From the NCBI GenBank assembly GCA_965215155.1, contig CBDCCY010000004.1:3870151-3934150 (forward strand): a DNA stretch of 64,000 nt, written 5' to 3'. The DNA comes from Vicinamibacterales bacterium (GTDB taxonomy: Bacteria; Acidobacteriota; Vicinamibacteria; Vicinamibacterales; UBA8438). This document shows, one piece after another, positions 1-10,897 of this stretch. Made by a program: the position numbers and the translations under genes. The notes below the pieces were generated by a model. It did no database searches and had not been told where the DNA came from. It saw only the letters and a list, made by a program, of their open reading frames with translations. How positions within the stretch are numbered: the stretch's first letter is position 1; the number at the start of each line of letters is the position of its first letter.

Positions 1-452
1 GCGCAGGGGATCTGGACGAGACGACGCGGCGGCAGGTCGACGCGGTCGTGCGCGGCCACTTCCGGCCGGAGTTCCTCAACCGGGTCGACGAGATCCTCTT
101 CTTCCACGCACTCGACCGGCGGCACCTGACGGAGATTGCCCGGATCCAGCTCGCGACGCTGGCGCGCCGGCTGGCCGACCGGCATGTGACCATCGAGCTG
201 ACCGACGAGGCCACACGGCAACTCGTGGACGAGGGGTTCGACGCCGCCTACGGGGCGCGGCCGCTGCGGCGCACCATTCAGCGGCGCGTGCTCGATCCGC
301 TTGCGGCGCGGCTGATCGAGGGGGGCTTCGGGGAGGGCGACAGCGTGGTCGTCGACGTCGACGGCCGGGAACTGACGTTCGCCGCGCGCCGCCCGGCGCC
401 CGAGGCGGAGGAGTTTCGCGCCAGCGAAGGGCGCGCGCCTTCGGCCGCCTGA
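1..452 (+). CDS. clpB: ClpB disaggregase, C-terminal fragment (5' end lies outside the window)
   Basis: The reading frame is open to the window start. The translation FRPEFLNRVDEILFFHAL...AYGARPLRRTIQRRVLDPLA is the conserved C-terminal small domain of ClpB/Hsp104 AAA+ proteins. Confidence 0.85.
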   Translation, partial: AGDLDETTRRQVDAVVRGHFRPEFLNRVDEILFFHALDRRHLTEIARIQLATLARRLADRHVTIELTDEATRQLVDEGFDAAYGARPLRRTIQRRVLDPLAARLIEGGFGEGDSVVVDVDGRELTFAARRPAPEAEEFRASEGRAPSAA

Positions 453-488
453 CCGCCGTCAGAGCCCAGCCCCGAACAGCCGCCGCAG

Positions 489-528
489 CGTTGGGAGTTT
501 CTTTCGCTCCAGCGAAACTCCCAACGCG
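489..528. terminator. Perfect 13-bp stem-loop between convergent clpB and the CDGSH gene, related to the GCGTTGGGAG repeat family
   Basis: gcgttgggagttt (489-501) and aaactcccaacgc (516-528) are exact reverse complements separated by a 14-nt loop. There is no T-tract. The left arm shares gcgttgggagt with the repeats at 26348 and 39160. Confidence 0.5.
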
Positions 529-546
529 CCCGCAGGGCGCGCGACG

Positions 547-755
547 TCAGGGCGCGCGGTCGGCGGCGGCGAATCCTTCCCGGTTGTGCGAGCCGTCGCA
601 GAACGGCTTGGACTCGGCGTGGCCGCACCGGCAGAGGGCAAACGGGCGCCGATCGATCGGAAACGCGTTGCCGTCCGCGTCCACCACCTGCACGTCGTCC
701 CCGTCGACGACGTACGGACCGTTGTCTCGAATGCGAATCGTCACGCTCACGGCCT

Positions 756-759
<4 letters not shown>
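547..759 (-). CDS. CDGSH-type iron-sulfur domain protein (about 70 aa)
   Basis: Contains [17 protein letters not shown], the CDGSH 2Fe-2S signature. The GTG start at 759 overlaps the rho stop as GTGA. The longer ORF (to 879) would run into rho. Confidence 0.8.
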
Positions 760-2126
<1,367 letters not shown>

Positions 2127-2328
2127 GTGCTGGCCGATCTTTCGACTACGGGTTGGTTGTTGGGGCCTTGCGGCCAAGGTGTCAGGGAGAGCAGAAGCCG
2201 AGCCCCGCTCGGCCGTCAGCCGCAAGATGCGGTAGTCAACGTGAACGCGTGACTGAAACGCGATGCAAGGCTGGAGGATTCCGTCAACGCCGTCTGGCAA
2301 CTCAGCATAGGCATACCGCCGGGGCGTG

Positions 2329-2787
2329 TCAACCCCCGGCCGGCGGCGCAGCGTCCCCATCCGCGCCGCGGGCCGAGGTCGGATCGGGGCGGTCGTCGTA
2401 GTCGGCCGGGGACTCTCCGATCGCGACGATGCTGCAGTGCAGGGTCGTCTCGATCCCGAGGGCGCGGGCCCGCTCGACCAGCCGGCGGCTCTCGGCACCG
2501 GGGTTCACCCAGAGGGCGGGGATCCCCTTCCTGGCGATCTCCTCGATCAGCGTCTCGCCGATCTCGGGCGGCACGTAGAGGGTGGCCAGGTCGATCGCGC
2601 CGGGCGCTTCGAGCACCGACGCGTGGACGGCCAGCCCTTCGATCAGCCGGCTCCCCTCCGTCCCGACGCCGCCGCGCCGCGCGTTGACGGGCAGCACCTC
2701 GAAGCCGCGCCGCCGGAACGCTCGCACCGCCTTGTTGCCGAACTTGCGCCGGTCGCGCGACGCGCCGATGACTGCCACCACCTTCAT
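2329..2787 (-). CDS. CoA-binding domain protein (YccU/YneT-like)
   Basis: [24 protein letters not shown]...[30 protein letters not shown] is typical of the CoA_binding_2 fold. The ATG at 2787 was verified. Confidence 0.75.
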   Translation of the reverse strand: MKVVAVIGASRDRRKFGNKAVRAFRRRGFEVLPVNARRGGVGTEGSRLIEGLAVHASVLEAPGAIDLATLYVPPEIGETLIEEIARKGIPALWVNPGAESRRLVERARALGIETTLHCSIVAIGESPADYDDRPDPTSARGADGDAAPPAGG

Positions 2788-2810
2788 GGTCGGAGTATAG
2801 AATCGCTGGC

Positions 2811-4544
2811 GTGTCACGTCATCCGGCGGTGATTGCGGGCGTCTGCGCGTTGACGTTCCTCGCCGGTCTCGGGTGTCCCGCAGTGACCGATTCGGACGAG
2901 GCGTTCTATGCCGAGGCGGCGCGCGAGATGGTCGACCGCGGCGACTGGCTCACTCCCTACTACAACGGCGAGGTCCGGTTCGAGAAGCCGGTGCTGTACT
3001 ACTGGCTGGCGGCCGCGACCTACGCCGTGGCGGGCGTGTCCCCCGCTGCGGCAAGGCTGCCCTCCGCGCTGGCCGGCATCGGCCTCGCGTTGCTCGCCTG
3101 GGCCTGCGCCCGCCGCTGGTACGACGACCGGACGGCCTTGCTCGCGGGCGCCATCACGGCCACCAGCTTCGGCTACGTCGCCATGGCTCGCCATGCCCTG
3201 CCCGATCTGCCGCTCGCCTTCTTCGTCTCGCTGGCCACTTGGGGAGCGATGGTGGGGTTGCGCGTTGAGCCTCACCGGGTCGGAGAGCATCCGTCCGCGG
3301 ACCGCTGGCTGATCGCGGCCGGTGCCGGCGCGGGCGCCGCGTTCCTGGTCAAGGGGCCGGTCGGTGTCGTGTTGCCGGCGGTGGTCATCGTGCCGTTGGC
3401 GGTGTGGACCTGGCTCCGCGGCCGGCGCCCGGGTGCGAGCCGCCGCGTCCTCCTGGCGAGCCTTGCCGTCTTCCTGGTCGTCGCCGTTCCGTGGTACGCC
3501 GCGATGGCAGTGGAGCACGGCCCGGCCTACGTGGAGCGCTTCTTCGTCGGGGAGAACCTCGATCGCTTTGCCACCGCGCGCTACAACGACCCGCGGCCGG
3601 TCTGGTACTACCTGCCGGTCGTGGCGGGCGGCCTGCTTCCGTGGACGCCGTTCACGGTCCTGTGGCTGCCGGCGCTCGGCCGCGCGTGGCGCGAGCGCAG
3701 AGCCGGCGGCGCGGAGCTGCGCCTGGCCGTGTGGGCGCTCGCGCCGCTGGCCTTCTACACGATCTCCGTCGGCAAGCAGCCGCGCTACGTGCTTCCGGTG
3801 CTGCCGCCGCTCGCGGTGCTCCTCGCCGCGGCCCTGCGCCGCGCCACGGCCGCGGGCGCGCAGTTGCGCGGACTCCTGACGGGTGCGGCGGTCGCGACCG
3901 GGTTGCTCGTCGCGCTCGCCGGCGAGCGCCTCCACGCGATCCGCCCGCTGCTCGTGGAGCAGAGCGGGCCCTGGGTCTCCGCCCTGGCGACGGCGGCGCT
4001 CGTCCTCGGGGTCGCGATCGTGGCGGCGGCGGTGGCCGCGTACCGGGACCGCTCCCCGACCGCCCGGCGGGGCGGCCGCGTTCCCGCCCTCGTCGCGGCG
4101 TCGTCGGTGGTCCTGGCGGTCGGCGCGTACAGCGCCGTCCTCGCGTCGCCGCACGCGGCGCCGGTCGAACGGATGGCGGCGCTGGTCCGGGAGGCGCGCG
4201 GCGCCGGCGAGCCCTACTGCCGCTATCGGGTCTTCACGCGGAACCTGGTCTTCTACGCCGGAGCGCCGGCCGTGACGCCCTTCAGTCTCGACGCGGTCCG
4301 CGATCTGCTGCGCGGACCGGATCGTGCGTACTGTGTGCTCCTCGCGCCGGACGCGGCCGAGCTCGAGGCCGGGGGGCTGCCCCTGGACCGTCTCGGTGCC
4401 GTCTCCTATCTCGACACCGGGAGCCTTACCTTCGAGGCATTGCTCGATCCGGACCCCGAGCGTCACCTCCAGCAGGTCGTTCTGGTCGCCAACCGGCCGC
4501 CTCTTCCGCCATCCCCGAAGGGTTCCGATGGCGACCCTCGCTGA
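2811..4544 (+). CDS. Polytopic membrane glycosyltransferase, family 39 (ArnT/PMT-like)
   Basis: The N-terminal DSDEAFYAEAAREMVDRGDWLTPYYNGEVRFEKPVLYYWL is the ArnT/PMT_2 loop motif. Many hydrophobic helices follow. GTG start at 2811. Confidence 0.8.
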   Translation: MSRHPAVIAGVCALTFLAGLGCPAVTDSDEAFYAEAAREMVDRGDWLTPYYNGEVRFEKPVLYYWLAAATYAVAGVSPAAARLPSALAGIGLALLAWACARRWYDDRTALLAGAITATSFGYVAMARHALPDLPLAFFVSLATWGAMVGLRVEPHRVGEHPSADRWLIAAGAGAGAAFLVKGPVGVVLPAVVIVPLAVWTWLRGRRPGASRRVLLASLAVFLVVAVPWYAAMAVEHGPAYVERFFVGENLDRFATARYNDPRPVWYYLPVVAGGLLPWTPFTVLWLPALGRAWRERRAGGAELRLAVWALAPLAFYTISVGKQPRYVLPVLPPLAVLLAAALRRATAAGAQLRGLLTGAAVATGLLVALAGERLHAIRPLLVEQSGPWVSALATAALVLGVAIVAAAVAAYRDRSPTARRGGRVPALVAASSVVLAVGAYSAVLASPHAAPVERMAALVREARGAGEPYCRYRVFTRNLVFYAGAPAVTPFSLDAVRDLLRGPDRAYCVLLAPDAAELEAGGLPLDRLGAVSYLDTGSLTFEALLDPDPERHLQQVVLVANRPPLPPSPKGSDGDPR

Positions 4545-5640
4545 CGCCCTCGCGTCGCGCACGCGGGTGGGCGATCTGTGGGAGCGGCTCGACGCCGCGC
4601 GCATCCGGTGCTACGCGTGCGGCCACGCCTGCCCGTTGCCAGACGGCGCGGTCGGGGTCTGCAAGGTGCGGTTCAATCGGGGCGGCCGGCTCCACGTGCC
4701 GTGGGGCTACGTCGGCGGGGTGCAGTGCGACCCCATCGAGAAGAAGCCGTTCTTCCACGCCTGGCCGGGCGCTCTCGCATACAGCTTCGGCATGCTCGGC
4801 TGCGACCTCCACTGCGCCTACTGCCAGAACTGGGTGACCTCGCAGGCCCTGCGCGACCCCGCGGCGACGACGTCGGCGATCGGCGCGGAGCCCGAGGGCC
4901 TGGTCGACGAGGCGCTCCGGCACGGAGCCCGCCTCATGGTGAGCACCTACAACGAGCCGCTCATCACGAGCGAGTGGGCGGTCGCCGTGTTCCGCGCCGC
5001 GCGGGCGGCCGGGCTCCGCACCGCGTTCGTCTCCAACGGCAATGCGACGCCGCGGGTCCTCGAGTACCTGCGGCCCTGGATCGACCTCTACAAGGTGGAC
5101 CTCAAGGGTTTCGACGATCGGCGCTACCGGCAGCTCGGAGGACGGCTGGACCCGATCCTAGACACGATTCGCCGGCTCCGTGCGCTCGACGTCTGGCTGG
5201 AGGTCGTCACCCTCCTCGTCCCCGGCTTCAACGACAGCGACGCGGAGATCGACCGGCTCACCGGGTTCCTGGCCGGCGTCTCGCCCGACATCCCCTGGCA
5301 CGCGACGGCGTTCCGCACCGACTACCGCATGACCGACCGGCCCTCCACGACAGCCGGGTCGCTGCGGCGCGCCGCGGCCATCGCCGAGCGCAACGGACTG
5401 CGCTACGTGTACGCAGGCAACCGGCCCGGAAGCGTCGGGGCACTCGAGCACACGCGCTGCCCGGCTTGCGGCCATGCCGTGATCGAGCGGGACGGGTTCC
5501 GCGTCCGCGCCTACACGCTCAACCCCGGCGGTGCGTGCCCGGCCTGCGGAACGGTGATTCCGGGGCGCTGGGACCGTTCCTACGACGGACAGGCGGCCGC
5601 CGCGCCCTTTCGGCCCCCGCCTCCTCGCTCGCCGTTCTGA
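4528..5640 (+). CDS. AmmeMemoRadiSam-system-type radical SAM enzyme (PflA-like activase fold)
   Basis: CYACGHACPLPDGAVGVCKVRFNRGGRL...DPIEKKPFFH...GCDLHCAYCQNW (a CxxxCxxC cluster) plus a C-terminal CPACGH...CPACG. The ATG at 4528 overlaps the GT39 gene by 17 nt. Confidence 0.75.
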   Translation: MATLADALASRTRVGDLWERLDAARIRCYACGHACPLPDGAVGVCKVRFNRGGRLHVPWGYVGGVQCDPIEKKPFFHAWPGALAYSFGMLGCDLHCAYCQNWVTSQALRDPAATTSAIGAEPEGLVDEALRHGARLMVSTYNEPLITSEWAVAVFRAARAAGLRTAFVSNGNATPRVLEYLRPWIDLYKVDLKGFDDRRYRQLGGRLDPILDTIRRLRALDVWLEVVTLLVPGFNDSDAEIDRLTGFLAGVSPDIPWHATAFRTDYRMTDRPSTTAGSLRRAAAIAERNGLRYVYAGNRPGSVGALEHTRCPACGHAVIERDGFRVRAYTLNPGGACPACGTVIPGRWDRSYDGQAAAAPFRPPPPRSPF

Positions 5641-5679
5641 CCGGCCCGCGGCCGGCACGCGACGACCGGATTCCGTAGG

Positions 5680-6258
5680 ATGGACAGCGTGACTGTAGAC
5701 GCCGTTCCGCCGTCGGACGCATCCGCGGCGGCGGTCTCCGATCCCGGCGTCGCGGATGGTGTCTACCATCCCCTGGATCCCCGATCCGTAGCGGCGTCGC
5801 GAATCACTGGCGCGATTGCGGCCGCCGCCGTGGCGCTGCCATCCCTGCTGGCCGTCCTCACCGCGGCCATCGCCGTCCCGCTCGGCATGGCGCGCGGACT
5901 CCTGGCGCTCGCCGCCTGGGCCGCCGCCTCCGGCCTGCTGGCGGCGTGGTGCTACGCATGGCCCGGCGTGCGCTACCGCCGCCTGCGGTACCGACTGGAC
6001 CGGCAGGGGTTCACCATTCGGCGCGGCGTCGTCTGGCGGTCGGTGACCTCGGTCCCGAAGTCGCGGGTGCAGCACACCGACGTCTCGCAGGGTCCCCTGC
6101 AGCGCGCTTTCGACCTGGCTACGCTCGTGATCCACACCGCGGGCACGCAGGACTCGTCGGTGTCGCTCGGCGGGTTGACGCACGGAGTCGCCCTGCGCAT
6201 CCGCGACTACCTGATCGATGCCGGGCCTACCGCCGGCGGAGACGAGCGTGGCGTCTGA
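5680..6258 (+). CDS. Membrane protein with a bacterial PH domain (bPH_2, YdbS-like)
   Basis: Two transmembrane helices, then YRLDRQGFTIRRGVVWRSVTSVPKSRVQHTDVSQGPLQRAFDLATLVIHTAG, the DUF304/bPH_2 signature. Confidence 0.75.
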   Translation: MDSVTVDAVPPSDASAAAVSDPGVADGVYHPLDPRSVAASRITGAIAAAAVALPSLLAVLTAAIAVPLGMARGLLALAAWAAASGLLAAWCYAWPGVRYRRLRYRLDRQGFTIRRGVVWRSVTSVPKSRVQHTDVSQGPLQRAFDLATLVIHTAGTQDSSVSLGGLTHGVALRIRDYLIDAGPTAGGDERGV

Positions 6259-7777
6259 AGAGCGCCGGCTGCACCCGCTCTCCTGGCTCTTCGCGGCGGC
6301 GCAGGTCGCCAAGGGCTTCATCGTTCCGGCCGTGGTGGTGCTGTTCGCCTCCGGCGAATCGTACGAGCTGTGGGCGCTCGCGTTCGTGGTTCCCGTGACC
6401 GTGGGGGCGGTGATGCAGTACGCGGTCTTCCGGTACCGGTTGGCTCCCGACGAGATGGTCGTGCGCGACGGCCTGCTCACCCGCACGGAGCGCCACATTC
6501 CCTACGCGCGCATCCAGAACGTCGACCTGGTGCAGAACCCCCTCCACCGCCTCCTGCGGGTGGCTCTCGTGCGCGTAGAGACCGCGAGCGGATCCAAGCC
6601 GGAAGCGGTCATGCGCGTCCTCTCGCTGGACGCCGTCGACGAGATGCGGAGCGCCGTGTTCACCGGTCGTGGCGAGCCCGCCGCGGCGCGCGCCCCGGGC
6701 TGGTCGCCGGCCGACGCCGGGACGGGCCCGCTCCTCCACCTGGGTGTCGGCGAATTGGCGAAGCTGGGCACCATCTCGAACCGCGGTCTGGTCGTCGTCG
6801 GCGCCGTGGCGGGCCTGTGGTGGCAGCGCACCCGCTTCGGATCCGACCTTGGCGACTGGGCGGCGCCGTTGGTGGAGTCCGTGCTTGCCCGGTGGCCGGG
6901 TCTTGCCGGCGGCCCGCCGATCCTGCAGGCCGTCCTGGGCGGCGCCGTCCTCCTGGTGGCTGCCGTGGTGCTGTTGCGCCTCTTCTCGATCGGCTGGTAC
7001 CTGCTGCAGCTCTACGACTTCACGCTGCGCCGGCGCGGCCCGGACCTCGCCGCCGCCTACGGGCTCCTGACGCGGGTGTCGCGCACGATACCGACCTCCC
7101 GCGTGCAGTCGCTGCGCGCTACCGAGAGTCCGCTCCATCGATGGTTCGGCCGGCAGTCGGTGGAACTGCGGACGGCCGGCGGCGGGGCCGGACCGGACGT
7201 GAACGCCGATCTCGACGGCGCGGGGGGCGGTGCATCGGCGGAGAAGCAATGGCTGGCCCCCCTGGTCGAGACGGCCCGGGTCCCCGCTCTCATCGAGGCG
7301 GTCCTGCCGGATGCCGGACTCGATCGCGTGCGCTGGGAGATGCTGCCCCGGCGCGCCTGGCGGCGCATCTTCGTACGCTGCGTGGCGGTGGCGGTGCTGC
7401 CCCCGACGCTCGCCGCCGCCGTCGCCCTCTCCCCCTGGATGTTCCTGCTCGTCGTGCCGGGTGGACTCGCGGCGGCCGCGCACGCGCGCCTCACGGTGCG
7501 GCATGCGGCCTATGCGCTGGCACCGTGGGGTGTCCTCTCCCGACTCGGCTGGTGGAACCGGACCCTGACCCTCGTGCGGTACGCCCGGATCCAGACCGTC
7601 GCCCTGTGCGAGTCGCCTTTCGACCGGCGCCACGGCATGGCGTCGGTGCGGATCGACACCGCCGGCGCGGCCGCGGGCCGTTACACCATCCGCATCCCCT
7701 ATCTGGATCGCGAGACCGCGGGCGTCGTGGCCCGGCGACTTCACGACGAGGCGGCGCGCCGTCCCTTCCACTGGTGA
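6248..7777 (+). CDS. Membrane protein with three bPH_2 domains (YdbT-like)
   Basis: Repeated modules IPYARIQNVDLVQNPLHRLLRVALVRVETA, IPTSRVQSLRATESPLHRWFGRQSVELRTAG and VRYARIQTVALCESPFDRRHGMASVRIDTAG. The GTG at 6248 overlaps the upstream gene by 11 nt. An alternative start lies at 6218. Confidence 0.75.
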   Translation: MASEERRLHPLSWLFAAAQVAKGFIVPAVVVLFASGESYELWALAFVVPVTVGAVMQYAVFRYRLAPDEMVVRDGLLTRTERHIPYARIQNVDLVQNPLHRLLRVALVRVETASGSKPEAVMRVLSLDAVDEMRSAVFTGRGEPAAARAPGWSPADAGTGPLLHLGVGELAKLGTISNRGLVVVGAVAGLWWQRTRFGSDLGDWAAPLVESVLARWPGLAGGPPILQAVLGGAVLLVAAVVLLRLFSIGWYLLQLYDFTLRRRGPDLAAAYGLLTRVSRTIPTSRVQSLRATESPLHRWFGRQSVELRTAGGGAGPDVNADLDGAGGGASAEKQWLAPLVETARVPALIEAVLPDAGLDRVRWEMLPRRAWRRIFVRCVAVAVLPPTLAAAVALSPWMFLLVVPGGLAAAAHARLTVRHAAYALAPWGVLSRLGWWNRTLTLVRYARIQTVALCESPFDRRHGMASVRIDTAGAAAGRYTIRIPYLDRETAGVVARRLHDEAARRPFHW

Positions 7778-7798
7778 CCGGGTCACCGGGGCGCCCGG

Positions 7799-9184
7799 TC
7801 ACGCGTCCGGCGGGAAGATCTTGCCCGGATTGAGGATCCCGCGCGGATCGAACGCGCGCTTCAGGCGGCGGAGCAGCGCGATTACCTCGGGCGAGAGCTC
7901 CAGGCCGAGGTAGGGCGCCTTCGTGAAGCCGATGCCGTGCTCGCCGCTGATCGACCCCTCGAGGGCGAGCACGGCCTCGAAGAGCCGGCGCTCCACGTCT
8001 CGCGCGCGGACGAGCGCGTCGGCGTCGGCCGGGTCGAGCAGGATGTTGACGTGGATGTTGCCGTCGCCGACATGCCCGAAGCACACCATCCGCAGGCCGG
8101 ACGACGCCCGGAGGGATGCCACGGTGCGGAACAGCGCCGGTACCCGCGCCCTCGGCACCACCACGTCATGGTTGATCTTGAGCGGCGCCAGCGAGCGGAG
8201 CGCGGGCGACAGGTCGCGGCGCACGCGCCAGAGCGCTTCTCGCTCCACATCGTCGCGGGCTGCCCGCAGGTCGCTCGCGCCGGCCGACCGGCAGGCCTCC
8301 AGCACGCGAGCGAGGTCCCCGTCGATCGCTGCAGGCGACCCGTCCACCTCGATCAGGAGGAGCACGGCGCCGGGCGGTCCGAGGGATTCACCTCCGCCGG
8401 CCGCCAACGCGGCGAGGCACTCGCCGTCGATGATCTCGATCGCCGCCGGTACGACTCCGTGGGCCACGATGCCGAGCACGGCGCCGACCGCCGTCTCCAC
8501 GTCGGGGAACACGGCGCGCAGGGTTCGTGCCGCAGCCGGCCGGGGCACGAGACGCAGCGTCACCTCGGTCACGACGGCCAGCGTACCCTCGGATCCGACC
8601 AGCAGCTGCGTCAGGTCGTAGCCGACGACGTTCTTGACCGACTTGCCGCCGGTGCGGATGACCTCGCCGGTCGGCAGCACCGCCTCGAGACCGAGGACGT
8701 AGTGCCGCGTCGTGCCGTACTTGAAGGCGCGCGGCCCCCCGGCGCACTCCGCGACGTTGCCGCCGATCGCGGACCGATCGAGGCTGGCGGGGTCGGGTGG
8801 ATAGAACAGGCCGGCCGCCTCGACCGCGGCCTGGAGCACTCCCGTCACGACGTTCGGCTGGACGACGGCGAGCAGGTTCGGGGCGTCGATCTCCAGAATG
8901 CGGTCGAGGCGGTCGAGCGCCAGCACGACGCCGCCCGCGGTCGGGACGGCCCCGCCGGTGTAGCCCGTGCCGGCGCCCCGCGGGGTCAGGGGGATGCGCG
9001 CGTCGTGACAGAGCCGGACGAGCGCGGCAACCTGGGCCGTCGTTCCCGGTCGGACCACCAGGTCGGCCGGCCGTCCGCGCTCGAGCGCGTCGGCACCGTA
9101 GGCGGCCCGGTTCTCCTCGTCGAGCAGGACGTGGCCGGCGCCCACGATCCGTGCCGCGGCGGCCGCGAGGCGGTCGACGTTCAT
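7799..9184 (-). CDS. FAD-linked oxidase (GlcD-like glycolate/D-lactate dehydrogenase family)
   Basis: VRPGTTAQVAALVRLCHDARIPLTPRGAGTGYTGGAVP is the FAD_binding_4 motif, and the C-terminal GSISGEHGIGFTK is also present. The ATG at 9184 overlaps the upstream stop as ATGA. The 270 upstream codons of the ORF are spurious. Confidence 0.85.
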   Translation of the reverse strand: MNVDRLAAAAARIVGAGHVLLDEENRAAYGADALERGRPADLVVRPGTTAQVAALVRLCHDARIPLTPRGAGTGYTGGAVPTAGGVVLALDRLDRILEIDAPNLLAVVQPNVVTGVLQAAVEAAGLFYPPDPASLDRSAIGGNVAECAGGPRAFKYGTTRHYVLGLEAVLPTGEVIRTGGKSVKNVVGYDLTQLLVGSEGTLAVVTEVTLRLVPRPAAARTLRAVFPDVETAVGAVLGIVAHGVVPAAIEIIDGECLAALAAGGGESLGPPGAVLLLIEVDGSPAAIDGDLARVLEACRSAGASDLRAARDDVEREALWRVRRDLSPALRSLAPLKINHDVVVPRARVPALFRTVASLRASSGLRMVCFGHVGDGNIHVNILLDPADADALVRARDVERRLFEAVLALEGSISGEHGIGFTKAPYLGLELSPEVIALLRRLKRAFDPRGILNPGKIFPPDA

Positions 9185-10362
9185 CCGAGTGCGGCGGCGA
9201 AACCGAGCAGCCGCGACACGCCGGCCTCGAGGCGGGCGATCGACGTCGCATACGAGAGGCGCAGGAAGCCGGGTGCGTCGAACGCCTCGCCGGGCGTCAC
9301 GGCCACGTGCGCCTCGGTCAGCAGCCGGGCCGCGAGTTCCGCCGACGTCCGCGGGCCGTCGGCAGCCAGCAGGTCGCCGACGGCCGGAAACAGGTAGAAG
9401 GCCCCGGCCGGGACCCCGACGCGGATGCGCGGTTCCGGGGCCAACCACGCCAGCACCCGGTCCCGCCGGGAGCGGTACTCGTCCCGCATCGCGCGCACGC
9501 AGTCCTGCGGCCCGGTCAGCGCTGCCACGGCGGCCCGCTGCGTGATCGACGACACGTTCGACGTCGAGTGGCCCTGGACGGCGTTCGCCGCCGCGATGAG
9601 CGGCGCGGGCCCGAGGGCCCACCCGCAGCGCCACCCGGTCATGGCGTAGCTCTTCGAGAGGCTTCCCACGAGCACGGTGCGGTCGCGGACCCGGTCGGCG
9701 AGCACGCGCGGCAGGTTGTGCGCCGCGTCGCCGTAGAGAAGTCGCTCGTAGCAGAGATCGACCACGATCCAGATTCCGCGCGGGGCCGCCGCGTCGGCGA
9801 TGGCCGCGAGGTCGCCCTCCGCGACGAGCGCGCCCGTCGGGTTGCACGGCGAGTTGATGACGATGGCGCGCGTGCGGGGCGTCAGCGCGTCGAGGACCGG
9901 CTGCGGGTCGAGCCGGAAGCCGTCTTCGGGACGGGTGCGGATCAGGACCGGATCGGCGTCCGCGAGCCGGGTCTGCTCGGTGATCGAGGGCCACCCGGGG
10001 GTGTGCGTGATGACCTCGTCGCCGGGGCCGAGGAGCGCCATCGCCACGTTGAACAGGGCCTGCTTGCCTCCGGCGGTCACGATGGCCTCGGCGGGCTGGT
10101 AATCGACCCCGTAGTCGGCCGCATACCGCGCGCAGACGGCCTCCTTGAGCTCGGCGATGCCGGCGCTGGGCGTGTAGCGCGTGAAGTCGTCCGCGATGGC
10201 CGCGGCGCCCGCCGCCTTTATGTGCGCCGGCGTCGGGAAGTCCGGCTCCCCCGGTCCGAAGTCGACCACGTCGATCCCCTGCCGGCGCAGCCGGTCCGCT
10301 TCGACGAGCACCTGCTGCGTCTGCGACGGGGTGACGCGGCTCAAGCGGTCGGCGAAGGCCAT
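9181..10362 (-). CDS. Pyridoxal-phosphate aminotransferase, class I (aspartate aminotransferase-like)
   Basis: FGPGEPDFPTP, NSPCNPTG and the lysine motif SLSKSYAMTGWRCGW are present. The ATG at 10362 was verified. Confidence 0.85.
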   Translation of the reverse strand: MAFADRLSRVTPSQTQQVLVEADRLRRQGIDVVDFGPGEPDFPTPAHIKAAGAAAIADDFTRYTPSAGIAELKEAVCARYAADYGVDYQPAEAIVTAGGKQALFNVAMALLGPGDEVITHTPGWPSITEQTRLADADPVLIRTRPEDGFRLDPQPVLDALTPRTRAIVINSPCNPTGALVAEGDLAAIADAAAPRGIWIVVDLCYERLLYGDAAHNLPRVLADRVRDRTVLVGSLSKSYAMTGWRCGWALGPAPLIAAANAVQGHSTSNVSSITQRAAVAALTGPQDCVRAMRDEYRSRRDRVLAWLAPEPRIRVGVPAGAFYLFPAVGDLLAADGPRTSAELAARLLTEAHVAVTPGEAFDAPGFLRLSYATSIARLEAGVSRLLGFAAALG

Positions 10363-10399
10363 CGGTCCGGCTCCTTGCGGGTCGCGCGGGCGGCCCGCG

Positions 10400-10897
10400 T
10401 CACACCCGGCGGCCCTTGGCCCGCAGGCGCGTCTCGACCACCGCCGGAACGAGCCCCGTGATCGAGCCGCCGAGAGCGAAGACCTCCTTCGCGAGGCGCG
10501 AGCTCAGGTACGTGTAGCTCTCCGCCGGCATCATGAACACGGTCTCGATGTCGGAGTTCAGATGGCGATTCATCAGCGCCATCTGCATCTCGTACTCGAA
10601 ATCCGAGATGGCCCGCAGGCCGCGCACGATGACGTCGGCCCCGCGCTGCCGGGCGTAGTCGACCAGGAGGCCGTCGAACGTCTCGACCTCGACGTTGGGA
10701 TGCGTGTCGAAGACCTCGCGCAGGATCGCGATCCGTTCGTCGACCGAGAAGAGCGGCGCCTTGTCGATGTTGACGAGGATGGCCAGCACGATGCGATCGA
10801 AGAGCCGCGCGCCCCGCTCGATGATGTCGACGTGGCCGTTGGTCAACGGGTCGAACGACCCCGGGTAGACCGCGAGCCTAGACGGATTGGCCACCAT
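10400..10897 (-). CDS. coaD: Phosphopantetheine adenylyltransferase
   Basis: AVYPGSFDPLTNGHVDIIERG...ISDFEYEMQMALMNR is the canonical CoaD sequence. The ATG at 10897 was verified. Confidence 0.9.
   Translation of the reverse strand: MVANPSRLAVYPGSFDPLTNGHVDIIERGARLFDRIVLAILVNIDKAPLFSVDERIAILREVFDTHPNVEVETFDGLLVDYARQRGADVIVRGLRAISDFEYEMQMALMNRHLNSDIETVFMMPAESYTYLSSRLAKEVFALGGSITGLVPAVVETRLRAKGRRV

Noticed and set aside
2127-2328. Promoter or attenuator elements in the lower-GC rho leader, for example TTGACG on the minus strand and the gccgagc/gctcggc stem at about 2197-2215.
   Set aside because: I could not find a -10 hexamer at proper spacing from any -35 candidate. The stem is short. The evidence is too weak to annotate as a feature.
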